64,000 nucleotides of DNA, from contig OZ220089.1 of assembly GCA_964291625.2 (NCBI GenBank), positions 2,272,001 through 2,336,000 on the forward strand, read 5' to 3'. A program made the position numbers and the translations under genes. The notes below the pieces were generated by a model. The model was not told where the DNA came from. It ran no database searches and was given only the letters and a program-made list of their open reading frames with translations. Shown in pieces: positions 28,572 through 37,337 of this stretch. Source of the stretch: Candidatus Latescibacterota bacterium (GTDB lineage: Bacteria > Latescibacterota > UBA2968 > UBA8231). The first letter of the stretch is position 1, and every line of letters starts with the position of its first letter.

Positions 28572-29445
28572 AAGCGTCCTGCGGAAGGGACCGTTCGCCT
28601 GCGCGGCGATCGCCCTCACCGCTCTCCACGTGGCCGGAGCCGGGGAGGCCGAGGCCCAGGCGGCCGGCGATCCGGCCCCCACCTTCGAGCTCGAGACCGT
28701 GGACGGGGAGCTCGTGTCGCTGGGCGACTTCCTCGACGAGAAGGTCGTCTACATCAACTTCCTCGGGAACACCTGACCGTACTGCGTCGCGGAGGCCGCG
28801 AGTTCCGAGGCAATCTGGCAGGACTACGGGGGCGATCAGCTCATCGCCCTCGGAATCGATATCTGGGACGGACGGGCATCGAGCGTCAAGTCCATCTGGG
28901 TAGACGACGGTCTGGCGACCTACCCGATACTGGTCAACGGTTCGGGGGTGGCCCGGGACTACGGCGTGGTCCAGGACTACTACATCGTCATCGACCACGA
29001 GGGGGTTATCCGCTACCGGTCGCCCGACGCCAGGCTCGGCCAGCGCTACAACGACGGCGAGATCCGCGAGGCCATCGACGCCGCCCTGGCCGATCTGGCC
29101 GCCGCCCTGGAAGAAGTGGAGGAGGAGCCGGAGGAAGTGATCACGGCGGTCTCCACCCCTCCCCGGGTGCCCGCCGGCTTCGCCCTGGAGGCCTGGCCGA
29201 ATCCCTTCAACGCCGAGACCACTCTCTCCTTCACGGTGACCGCGGCAGGTCCCGTGGCCCTGACCATATTCGATCTGCAGGGGCGGGTCCTGCGCGGCTG
29301 GTCCGGACACTACGGTGCGGGGACCCACTCCCTGACCTGGGACGGGCGCGACGAAGGCGGTGAAGCGGTCGCCTCCGGCGTCTACATCGCTTCCGCGCGC
29401 CAGGGGGGCGCGGCCATCGCCCGGAAGGTCACTCTGCTGAAGTAG
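28561..29445 (+). CDS. putative selenoprotein: exported redoxin (UPYC) fused to FlgD-Ig/T9SS-type C-terminal domain, 294 aa, TGA 28774-28776 read as Sec
   Basis: ORFs 28561-28776 and 28948-29445 are in the same frame with no other stop; reads APTFELETVDG..VSLGDF..KVVYINFLGNT-U-PYC..LIALGID..YPIL..YIVIDHEGVIRY; C-terminal WPNPFN..IFDLQG..WDGRD..VASGVY..KVTLLK. Confidence 0.85.
28787..28801 (+). promoter_or_regulatory. candidate bacterial SECIS hairpin
   Basis: tcgcgg-agg-ccgcga stem-loop starting at the 11th nt after the in-frame TGA, G-containing apical loop. Confidence 0.55.
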
Positions 29446-29468
29446 GGGGCGGCCGGCTCCCCCGCCCC
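29446..29468. terminator. hairpin between convergent genes
   Basis: ggggcgg...ccgcccc inverted repeat filling the intergenic gap. Confidence 0.35.
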
Positions 29469-30995
29469 TTACAGCACCTCGCTGGTGAGGCGCAGCTCGA
29501 TGCCCTCGAAGCCCAGCACCTCGTAGCAGCTGCCGCCGGTGCAGGCCAGCCCCGTCCTGCGCCGGCCCCCGAAGACGTCCAGCGTGTGGGTGTCGCGGAA
29601 CCGCCAGCTGGCGCCCAGGGCCCACCAGTACGTCGCACCCGACTCCGAGGCCCCCGCCTCCAGGGGATCGTTGGACCTCTGCAGCTGCAGGGACCAGGTC
29701 CATGCCGGATAGCGGCTGAGCTCCACCGTTCCCAGCAGGTTCTCGTAGGGGAAGTCGCTGCGGCCGAAGCGCCGGTCCACATCCTGCACCTGCAGGTCGG
29801 CGCTCGCGGCGTGGCGTCCGCCGGCGGACCAGTCCCAGCGCGTGCCTGCCGTCAGGCGGCGCTCGTTCTCGAGGATGCGGTTGCGCGTGTAATCGAGGAA
29901 CAGCTGCCCGTGCAGCGCCTCTCCCACCGGGGAGTCCAGCTGCAGGAAGTACTCGCGCAGGGACTTCTCGTCCCCCGGGTCCGATCCCCGGCGAGTGGCC
30001 AGGTTCCAGGCGGCGGTCAGTCCGATGCCGCGGGGCAGGGCCCAGGTCAGCTCGGCCTGCACTCCGGCCTCGTCGTCGGCGAGCAGGGCGTGGGTCTCGC
30101 GGTTGAGGAGGAAGGCCTCGTGCTCCCGGATCAGCGTCGGCGGGTTGTTGAGGCTCGGGAAGGCGAAGTCCTGGTAGTCCTTCAGCTCCAGGCTCAGCCC
30201 CCAGGTCCCGCCGGTCAGGGTGCCGGCCAGGTAGAGCGCCCTCGGGTGGTCGCGCTCCAGGGAGAGCCAGGGTCCGGGGGCGGGGTCGATCCGGGCGTAC
30301 TCGCCGTAGAGATCCCCGTACCAGCCGCCCAGTCCGAGCCTCTCGAGGAGGGAGCCGAAGCGCAGTTCCCCATGGGTGGTGGCGCCGAGCTCCTCCTCCC
30401 CGCCGAAGGAGAACTCGATCAGTCCCGCCCCCACCTCGATGTCGCCGCTCACCCTGGCCCGGACGGCGCCCCCGGAGACCCGGCCCTGGCGCCGGTCGAG
30501 ACCCTTCAGCCCGGGGGCCAGCTCGCTGTTCACGGGCACGCCGTGCAGCGCCAGCACTTCCACCTGCCGCCACCGTCCCCTCACCCGCGCGCCGTCGAGG
30601 TCGCGTACGATCTGGTAACGCTGGCGGGAGACGCGGTCCTCGGTGATGACGCCCGGAAGCTCGAAGGCGTGCAGCAGCACACCGCGTCCCACCAGGGCGT
30701 AGAAGTGCCCCGCCGTGGCCTCGAGACCGCCGCGGCGCCAGGAGAGGGACCGCTGGGCGAGATGGAGATAGCCGCGGTCCTCGCCGCTGGAGCGGAAGGC
30801 CTCGCTGCGGGCGCTGGCCAGGAACCCCGCGGACTCGAAGCCGAGGCTCACCTGCTGGTACAGGGCCCGCAGGTCGGCCGGTTCGGCGTCGGGCAGGTTT
30901 CCGAGCTGGTACTCGTGGAGGGCGGTGACCCGCACCTGGGCGTCGAGGGGAGCGGCGGCCGTCAGGACGACGGCCAGCAGAGCGAGAAGGATCAT
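29469..30995 (-). CDS. outer-membrane beta-barrel protein, DUF6029-like, with C-terminal CxxxxC
   Basis: Signal peptide, GHFYALVGRGVLL, amphipathic beta-strands, C-terminus GRRRTGLACTGGSCYEVLGFEGIELRLTS. Confidence 0.7.
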   Translation of the reverse strand: MILLALLAVVLTAAAPLDAQVRVTALHEYQLGNLPDAEPADLRALYQQVSLGFESAGFLASARSEAFRSSGEDRGYLHLAQRSLSWRRGGLEATAGHFYALVGRGVLLHAFELPGVITEDRVSRQRYQIVRDLDGARVRGRWRQVEVLALHGVPVNSELAPGLKGLDRRQGRVSGGAVRARVSGDIEVGAGLIEFSFGGEEELGATTHGELRFGSLLERLGLGGWYGDLYGEYARIDPAPGPWLSLERDHPRALYLAGTLTGGTWGLSLELKDYQDFAFPSLNNPPTLIREHEAFLLNRETHALLADDEAGVQAELTWALPRGIGLTAAWNLATRRGSDPGDEKSLREYFLQLDSPVGEALHGQLFLDYTRNRILENERRLTAGTRWDWSAGGRHAASADLQVQDVDRRFGRSDFPYENLLGTVELSRYPAWTWSLQLQRSNDPLEAGASESGATYWWALGASWRFRDTHTLDVFGGRRRTGLACTGGSCYEVLGFEGIELRLTSEVL

Positions 30996-31010
30996 CCGAG
31001 GGACCTCGTC

Positions 31011-31364
31011 TCAGCCCTTCCGGAACTCGCCGACGGCCGCGGCCTGAGACTCATAGATCGGGATGACCTCATCGAAGCCGCTGGCGGTGAAGACCTCGCG
31101 CACCGGATCGCAGAGGGAGCAGATGCCGAAGTGCATGCCATGCCTGTTGAACCTCCTGCCAACCCTCAGGCCGGCCCGGAGGCCGGCGCTGCTGATGAAG
31201 GAGACCTGCTCGAAGTCCAGGATCAGGGCCTGATCGGCGGCATCGATCCCGGAATCCAGCTCCGCCTGGAGCTTCTCGGCGTTGCTGCCGTCGACCCGGC
31301 CGAGAATCCTGGCAACAGCGATTCCCTTCTTGCGCTCCCACGTGATGTCGAACGCCGATTTCAT
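31011..31364 (-). CDS. STAS domain anti-sigma factor antagonist
   Basis: GRVDGSNA, LDFEQVSFISSAGLR, VREVF..SGF. Confidence 0.9.
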   Translation of the reverse strand: MKSAFDITWERKKGIAVARILGRVDGSNAEKLQAELDSGIDAADQALILDFEQVSFISSAGLRAGLRVGRRFNRHGMHFGICSLCDPVREVFTASGFDEVIPIYESQAAAVGEFRKG

Positions 31365-31625
31365 CAGCCTCCTGCTTCAGGTCGGGCCGGTCGCGACCCC
31401 CTCGGGACTCCACGGAGATCCGGGAAGTTCAAAGAGCCCTTCGCCGGCAGTCAAGGCAGGGCGCTCTTCCTCGGGATAGCAGCAACTGTAGATGGTGTCC
31501 GCTGAGCCTTTGTCCATACTAAAGAGCCTTGTCTTTCTCGCGTCCATAAGTAAATTTGGCGCCGATGCTTTCATTGGATGGCCCGCTACGCAAAGAACTT
31601 GCACAAGCGCGCGCACCGGAGGGCA

Positions 31626-32819
31626 ATGATGTACCGCGGTCCGACCGGCGAATACGCAGCCACGCTGCATGGCGATGAAGAGGTCCGGGCATTCGTGCCC
31701 CGGCCGCTGCCCCCGACCCCCCCGCTCCAGATGGAGGGCCGCCTGCAGGTGCTGCTCGAGGAGGCGACCCATGCCCTCGGCCGGCTGGACGGTGCAGCCA
31801 CGCTCCTGCCTGATCCCGGCCTCTTCATCTACAGCTACGTGCGCAAGGAGGCCGTCCTGTCCTCCCAGATCGAGGGCACGCAGTCGTCCCTGTCAGACCT
31901 CCTGCGCTTCGAGTCAGCCCATGCTCCGGGCGCTCCGGTCCAGGATGTCCTCGAGGTATCGAGGTATGTGAAGGCCGTGGACCACGCGACCGCCCAACTC
32001 TCCGCCGAAGAGGGTTTGCCTCTATGCAACCGCCTGCTCCGGGAGGCGCATCGGATTCTTCTGACGGGCGCCCGGGGCGGCGACATGCAGCCGGGAGAGT
32101 TCCGCCGATCACAGAGCTGGATCGGCGGGACTCGCCCGGGAAACGCCGCCTTCGTGCCCCCTCCTCCGGCCGAGGTGGGGGCGGCCATGTCGGACCTCGA
32201 GCGGTTCGTCCACGCGTCCGGGGACGGCCTGCCCGCCCTGGTGAGGGCCGGACTCGCCCATGTCCAGTTCGAGACCATCCATCCCTTTTTGGATGGCAAC
32301 GGCCGCGCGGGCAGGATGCTGATCATCCTCATGCTGATCGACCGTGGGCTCCTCTCGTCGCCCGTTCTGTACCTCAGCCTGCACTTCAAGCAGCACCGCG
32401 ACCACTACTACGAGCTGCTCGACGCCGTTCGGCGCACCGGGGACTGGGAAACCTGGCTCGAGTTCTTTCTCGAGGGAGTCGGGGCCGTGGCCAACTCCGC
32501 TCGCGAGACCGCCCGGCGCCTGACGGCCATGGCCTCGGCGGACCGGTCGAGGATTGCGGCCGGCGGCCGTGGCGCGAACTCCCTTCTGCGGGTCCACGAG
32601 GCGCTCACCGCGGGCGTCATCGTCAACGTTGCCGAAGTCGTGGATCGCACCGGACTCTCCGCACCCACGGTCGGCAACGGCCTGAGACGGCTGTGTGCTC
32701 TGAACATTGCCGAAGAGATCACCGGAGGACGCCGGAACAGGGTCTTCGTGTATGGCGAGTACCTCGAGGTACTCGCCGAGGGCACTGAACCTCTGGCCCC
32801 GTCCGCCAGCCGAGCATGA
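31626..32819 (+). CDS. Fic family protein (Fic_N + Fic + HTH)
   Basis: EAVLSSQIEGT inhibitory motif, HPFLDGNGRAGR catalytic motif; GGAGG RBS before ATG 31626/31629. Confidence 0.92.
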   Translation: MMYRGPTGEYAATLHGDEEVRAFVPRPLPPTPPLQMEGRLQVLLEEATHALGRLDGAATLLPDPGLFIYSYVRKEAVLSSQIEGTQSSLSDLLRFESAHAPGAPVQDVLEVSRYVKAVDHATAQLSAEEGLPLCNRLLREAHRILLTGARGGDMQPGEFRRSQSWIGGTRPGNAAFVPPPPAEVGAAMSDLERFVHASGDGLPALVRAGLAHVQFETIHPFLDGNGRAGRMLIILMLIDRGLLSSPVLYLSLHFKQHRDHYYELLDAVRRTGDWETWLEFFLEGVGAVANSARETARRLTAMASADRSRIAAGGRGANSLLRVHEALTAGVIVNVAEVVDRTGLSAPTVGNGLRRLCALNIAEEITGGRRNRVFVYGEYLEVLAEGTEPLAPSASRA

Positions 32820-32874
32820 CGGCGGCGGATGCCGCACCGGGTCCTTCGCACCCCCCGACAGACCGGATCCCGTC

Positions 32875-34014
32875 ATGTTCGTGCTGATCTTCCTGGCCCT
32901 CCTCGGCTCCGTCTATGCCTATTCGGGCTGGCGGCTCCTCCCCTATCTGCCCTCCCCGGCGGATTGGGCCGCGGCATCGGTCCTGCTCCTCCTCCTGTTC
33001 CTGCCCCTGCTGCTCTTTCGCCTGCGGTCCCGGCCGCGCCTGGCCTGGTTGGCGGATCCCCTGGCCTGGATCGCCTACCTCTCCATGGGCTTCTTCACCG
33101 TCTGCTCCACCTTGCTGGCCGTGCGCGATCTGGGCGGCCTGCTCCTGGGCCTGGTCCACCCCGTCGGAGCGGGACTCGAGGCCCGCATCGATCTGGGGGC
33201 CTTCGCTCTCGCCCTGGCCGTGACCGGCTACGGCTTCTACCAGGCCCGGCGCACGCCGGCGGTACGCCGGGTCGAGATCCCCATCCAGAACCTGCCGCCC
33301 GCCCTGGCGGGTCTGCGCATCGTGCAGATCAGCGATCTCCACGTGGGCCCCACCATCAAGGGCGCCTTCGTGGAGCGCATCGTCGCCCGGGTCCGCGGGC
33401 TGCAACCCGACCTGATCGTCTTCACCGGGGACCTCGCCGACGGGGCCGTCGAACAACTCGCGCCTCACACGGCCGCCCTGGCCCGGCTCACGGCTCCCCT
33501 CGGGCTCTACTTCTGCACCGGCAACCACGAGTACTACTCGGACCTGGAGAGGTGGACCGGGCAGGCCCGCCGCCTGGGCTTCGACGTCCTGATCAACGAG
33601 GCGCGCCAGATCGAGTACCGCGGCGCCCGCATCGCCCTGGCCGGAGCCACCGACTTCAGCGCCGGGGAGCTGGCCCCCGACCACGCGTCGGACCCGGCCC
33701 GGGCCCTTGCCGCGAGCGACGGCGCCGATGTGCGCATCCTGCTCGCCCACCAGCCGCGCAGCGTCGAGGCCGCCGCCGACGCCGGTTGCCACCTGCAGCT
33801 GTCGGGTCACACCCACGGCGGCCAGTTCGTTCCGTGGAAGTACGCGGTGCTGCTGCAACAGCCCTTCATCGCCGGACTGCACAAGGTTCGGGATACCTGG
33901 ATCTACGTCCACCGGGGCACCGGCTACTGGGGTCCCCCGCTGCGGCTCGGCGCCCCTTCCGAGATCGCCCTGCTCACCCTGACCCGGGCGCCGGATGGCG
34001 TTCACCTTCCTTGA
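32875..34014 (+). CDS. membrane-anchored metallophosphoesterase (YkuE-like)
   Basis: N-terminal TM helices; SDLH, GDLAD, GNHEY, LAHQP, SGHTHGGQ, WGPPLRLG. Confidence 0.92.
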   Translation: MFVLIFLALLGSVYAYSGWRLLPYLPSPADWAAASVLLLLLFLPLLLFRLRSRPRLAWLADPLAWIAYLSMGFFTVCSTLLAVRDLGGLLLGLVHPVGAGLEARIDLGAFALALAVTGYGFYQARRTPAVRRVEIPIQNLPPALAGLRIVQISDLHVGPTIKGAFVERIVARVRGLQPDLIVFTGDLADGAVEQLAPHTAALARLTAPLGLYFCTGNHEYYSDLERWTGQARRLGFDVLINEARQIEYRGARIALAGATDFSAGELAPDHASDPARALAASDGADVRILLAHQPRSVEAAADAGCHLQLSGHTHGGQFVPWKYAVLLQQPFIAGLHKVRDTWIYVHRGTGYWGPPLRLGAPSEIALLTLTRAPDGVHLP

Positions 34015-34029
34015 CAAGGGAGATCATCC

Positions 34030-34596
34030 ATGAATCGACTGGGTCTCATCGCGCTGATCCTCTCCCTCGTCCGCCCCTCCTTCGCGGTTGACGATGTAAC
34101 CGAGGCACTGGCCGACTCGTCCGGCAAGCCAGGACTCCCGTCTCAGGATCGGATTGCTCTCAAGTTGCTGGGCGGCACCGTTGCGGGAGTAGGTACTGCT
34201 ACGGCGCTCATTCTTGGGACCTATACTCTCGCCTTCTGTATTGAGTGCCCAGAAGATCCGGACGAAGATCGGTGGTCAGACAGATTGCAGGCAGGATTGC
34301 TGGTGTCGTCCATCCCGATAGGCATGGCTGCCGGCGTGAGTGCCTTCGATAGACACGACCGCCCCATCTATCCACTGGCCGCAAGCCTGTTGGGCTTTGG
34401 GGCAGGATTGGCCCTCGACATAGCATCGGCAGAGATAGGTGGCTCCATTCTGGGAGCTACCCTATGGCTGCCCGTCATCGCGGCAACCGTTGCCTCCGAG
34501 TGGTCTCGCGATCAACCCGAGTCCCGCCACTCGATTGGCTTGAGGCCGGAACCGGGCGGAGGATTATCTGCGGTCGTCTCGCTGCGATTCCAATAG
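34030..34596 (+). CDS. hypothetical membrane protein, atypical composition
   Basis: Signal peptide plus several Gly-rich hydrophobic helices, C-terminal SLRF; lower GC3. Confidence 0.65.
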   Translation: MNRLGLIALILSLVRPSFAVDDVTEALADSSGKPGLPSQDRIALKLLGGTVAGVGTATALILGTYTLAFCIECPEDPDEDRWSDRLQAGLLVSSIPIGMAAGVSAFDRHDRPIYPLAASLLGFGAGLALDIASAEIGGSILGATLWLPVIAATVASEWSRDQPESRHSIGLRPEPGGGLSAVVSLRFQ

Positions 34597-34667
34597 ATGG
34601 ACGGTCCAGGTGGTGCGTATCCACCAGCTACCGGGGAACATCGGCCGGCGGGGCGGCGATCGAGGAG

Positions 34668-35405
34668 TCAGCCGCCCGCCCGCTCTCCCGTCCAGTGGCG
34701 CAGGGCGGCGTCCAGCGCCACCCGGTGCACGGCCGCCCGTTTCTCCAGCGGCCACTTCGTCGGCGTCTCGAAGATGCAGGCGCGGGAAGCGTGTCCGTGC
34801 AGGACATAGGGCCCCAGCCCCTGTCGTCCCCAGGACGGGGAGATCTCGTACACCCCCCGCGACACCGGCTCGCTGTCCTCGCCGCTGTCCGGATCGATGG
34901 AGGCCCGTTCCTCCACCGCGGCTATGACCTCGGGTCCCACGGCGCGGCCTTGGCGCGGTCCCTCGTACATGTAGAAGCCGTCAGCCTCCCAGTCCTCGTG
35001 GCAGTCGACGAAGGCGTCGACCCGGCATCCCTCCAGCGCCCCCTTGAGCAGTTGCACCTCGGGCACGTCGTGGCTCCCGAAGGAGCGGTTCACATCCGAT
35101 CCCGCCCCGTTCTCGCGGGTGTCGAGGCCGTAGCCCACGGGATTGACGCAGGGTATGACCGTGAACGCCACCTGCCCGAGCCAGGAGCCCAGGTCCTCCT
35201 CGACGAAGCGCAGGACCGCCTCCACCCCGGCCGGCTCGTCGCCGTGGACACCACCGGTCAGCAGGAGACGCAACCTTCGCGGGGTGCCCGCACGGATACA
35301 GTGGACCGGATGGCCCTCGACCGTCCCGATGGTCTCCACCGTCCGGCCCTGGCTCGCCAGAGCCTCCACCCGGCGCACGACCTGCCCGTAGCAACGCCCT
35401 GTCAT
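34668..35405 (-). CDS. M14 family metallocarboxypeptidase / succinylglutamate desuccinylase-like
   Basis: GGVHGDEPAG, CVNPVG, RENG..DVNRSF, DCHED, FETP. Confidence 0.85.
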   Translation of the reverse strand: MTGRCYGQVVRRVEALASQGRTVETIGTVEGHPVHCIRAGTPRRLRLLLTGGVHGDEPAGVEAVLRFVEEDLGSWLGQVAFTVIPCVNPVGYGLDTRENGAGSDVNRSFGSHDVPEVQLLKGALEGCRVDAFVDCHEDWEADGFYMYEGPRQGRAVGPEVIAAVEERASIDPDSGEDSEPVSRGVYEISPSWGRQGLGPYVLHGHASRACIFETPTKWPLEKRAAVHRVALDAALRHWTGERAGG

Positions 35406-35470
35406 CGCTGCCCTTCTTTCCCTGCGGACGACCCCCATCCACATTCTCCCCGGAGGAGAGAGGTCCACGG

Positions 35471-35869
35471 ATGAGCGACTGGTTGAGAGACGCGGCGGTG
35501 GTCGGCCTGGGCGGGTTCTTCGGCTCCGCCGGGAGGTTTCTCCTTGGCGGATGGGTCGCGGCCCACGCCGGGTCCTTCCCCTACGGCACGTTGACGGTGA
35601 ACGTCATCGGCTCCCTGGCGATCGGCTTCCTGGCGCCGGTTCTCGCCGACCGGGTGATCGCCGCCCCCGCCGTGCGGTTGCTGGTGATGGCAGGCTTCCT
35701 CGGTGGATTCACCACGTTCTCAGCCTTCGGCTACGAGTCGCTCCAGCTGTGGCACGAGGGGCGCTGGACCGCCATGCTGGCCAACATCGGCCTGAGCGTC
35801 GGCGGCTGCCTGCTGGCGGCCGCCGCCGGGATGGCGGCCTCTCGGGCGCTGATGGCGGGGGAGTCCTGA
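35471..35869 (+). CDS. crcB: fluoride efflux channel CrcB/Fluc
   Basis: GGFFGSAGR, FPYGTLTVN, GFLGGFTTFSAF. Confidence 0.93.
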   Translation: MSDWLRDAAVVGLGGFFGSAGRFLLGGWVAAHAGSFPYGTLTVNVIGSLAIGFLAPVLADRVIAAPAVRLLVMAGFLGGFTTFSAFGYESLQLWHEGRWTAMLANIGLSVGGCLLAAAAGMAASRALMAGES

Positions 35870-35927
35870 GAAGCCTGGGGTTCGGGCTCAGGTCCTGCCG
35901 GGGCCTTCGATGCGGTGCACCTGGCCG

Positions 35928-37322
35928 CTACCCCGCCACCTCCGTCCGGTTGAAGGCCCACAGGGCGAAGAAGAAGGCCAGGGCCGTCTCCAGCACCAGG
36001 ATCAGGATCGGCGCCAGGCCGGCGGCGAGGCTCTCACTCAGCGGCAGGGGGACCGCCTCGAAGCGCGGGATGTGGCGCGGGTCCAGCTTCTCCTGCGACA
36101 TGTAGCCCACCAGGAACAGCACGTGGGGCGAGTCCGGGTCGGCCGCGTCGCGGGCCCTCAGGAACTCGCGCAGGGTCCCGCGGTAGTCCCAGCCCTGGCG
36201 GGTGAAGCTGCGGAAGCGCTCGATGCCGTTGCGCAGCAGCGCCTCCAGGGAGTACTGGAAGGCGAACCCGGGGGAGAGCATGTTCACGCTCCGGGCCACC
36301 TCGAACTGCCGGATCTCCTGGTCCAGCGCCTCCAGGCGGATGCGGTCCTTGCCCTTCTCCATCTCCCGGATGCGCTGCGCGTAGCGCTTCTCCAGGGCGT
36401 AGTCGTCGACCCGGGCCAGCTCCGGGGGCCGCGGCTCGACCCCCTCCCGCTGCAGGGCCGTGCGCACCTCCCTCTCGTGGGTGTCGATCTGCTGCCAGAT
36501 CCCGCCCGGGGACTTGACCGCGGTCACCGCTGCCAGGTACGAGGTCTGCGGGATGACCACCATGAGCACGGTCCAGGCGGTGACCAGCAGCACCAGCGAC
36601 GAGGCCGAGCTGCGGGCCAGGGCGGAGATGCCCGTGGCCAGAAGCAGGAAGAAGGTGATGAAGACGGTGGTGCCCAGCAGGAAGAAGGCGTAGCTCAGCC
36701 ACACCCCGCCGTCCGGCTCGAGCACCCCTCCGAGGACGAGGATGAGCAGACTGAGCAGGCTGCCCGCCAAGGTGGCGGCCAGCAGGGTGGCCAGGTGGGC
36801 GCCGACCTTGGCCAGCAGGAAACGGCCGCGGGAGAGGGAGTTGGTCAGCACCAGCAACAGGGTGCCGTTCTCGCGCTCTCCGCAGACGGCGTTGTAGGCC
36901 AGGACGACGCACAGGAAGGAGAGCACGTAGCGAACGATGACGGCCCAGTCGACGACCTCGAAGCGGCGCATCCAGCGGTTGGTGGTGCGCGAGCTGGCGA
37001 ACCCGGGGATCTCGCCGGAACCCGGGTTGACGTACATGGCGTAGCGGAACCAGTCGGAGCCGGCCTCGGCCATGAACTCGGTGCCCACTTCGGCGCAGCG
37101 GATCTTGTAGCTGGTGGAGGCCGCATCCGCCGTGGTCTCCACGCGCCCGTAGCGCTCTTCGTTGAGGCGGGTGATGCGGGTCACCTCGTCGGCCAGGTTG
37201 CCCGTCTTCATCGTGTAGATGACGCCGTTGGCCCCGAAGAACAGCAGCAGGATGACCAGGCTGATCTGGAAGCGCAGCGACTGCAGGTTGTCGCGAAGTT
37301 GATGCAGGAAGATCGCTGCCAT
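35928..37322 (-). CDS. ABC-2 type transporter permease subunit (DUF3526-like)
   Basis: NAVCGERENGTL..LTNSLSR..LLAK, multiple TM helices, LSPGF. Confidence 0.85.
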   Translation of the reverse strand: MAAIFLHQLRDNLQSLRFQISLVILLLFFGANGVIYTMKTGNLADEVTRITRLNEERYGRVETTADAASTSYKIRCAEVGTEFMAEAGSDWFRYAMYVNPGSGEIPGFASSRTTNRWMRRFEVVDWAVIVRYVLSFLCVVLAYNAVCGERENGTLLLVLTNSLSRGRFLLAKVGAHLATLLAATLAGSLLSLLILVLGGVLEPDGGVWLSYAFFLLGTTVFITFFLLLATGISALARSSASSLVLLVTAWTVLMVVIPQTSYLAAVTAVKSPGGIWQQIDTHEREVRTALQREGVEPRPPELARVDDYALEKRYAQRIREMEKGKDRIRLEALDQEIRQFEVARSVNMLSPGFAFQYSLEALLRNGIERFRSFTRQGWDYRGTLREFLRARDAADPDSPHVLFLVGYMSQEKLDPRHIPRFEAVPLPLSESLAAGLAPILILVLETALAFFFALWAFNRTEVAG

Positions 37323-37337
37323 GGGACTACTCCCGAC

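Noticed and set aside
28774-28776. TGA as Trp (genetic code 4) or general stop reassignment
   Set aside because: Most genes in the window end in TGA with coupled ATGA/GTGA overlaps, and the codon aligns with the catalytic Cys column, not Trp.
35406-35470. Fluoride riboswitch upstream of crcB
   Set aside because: The 65-bp intergenic region lacks the GGCGATGG-type core of the motif.
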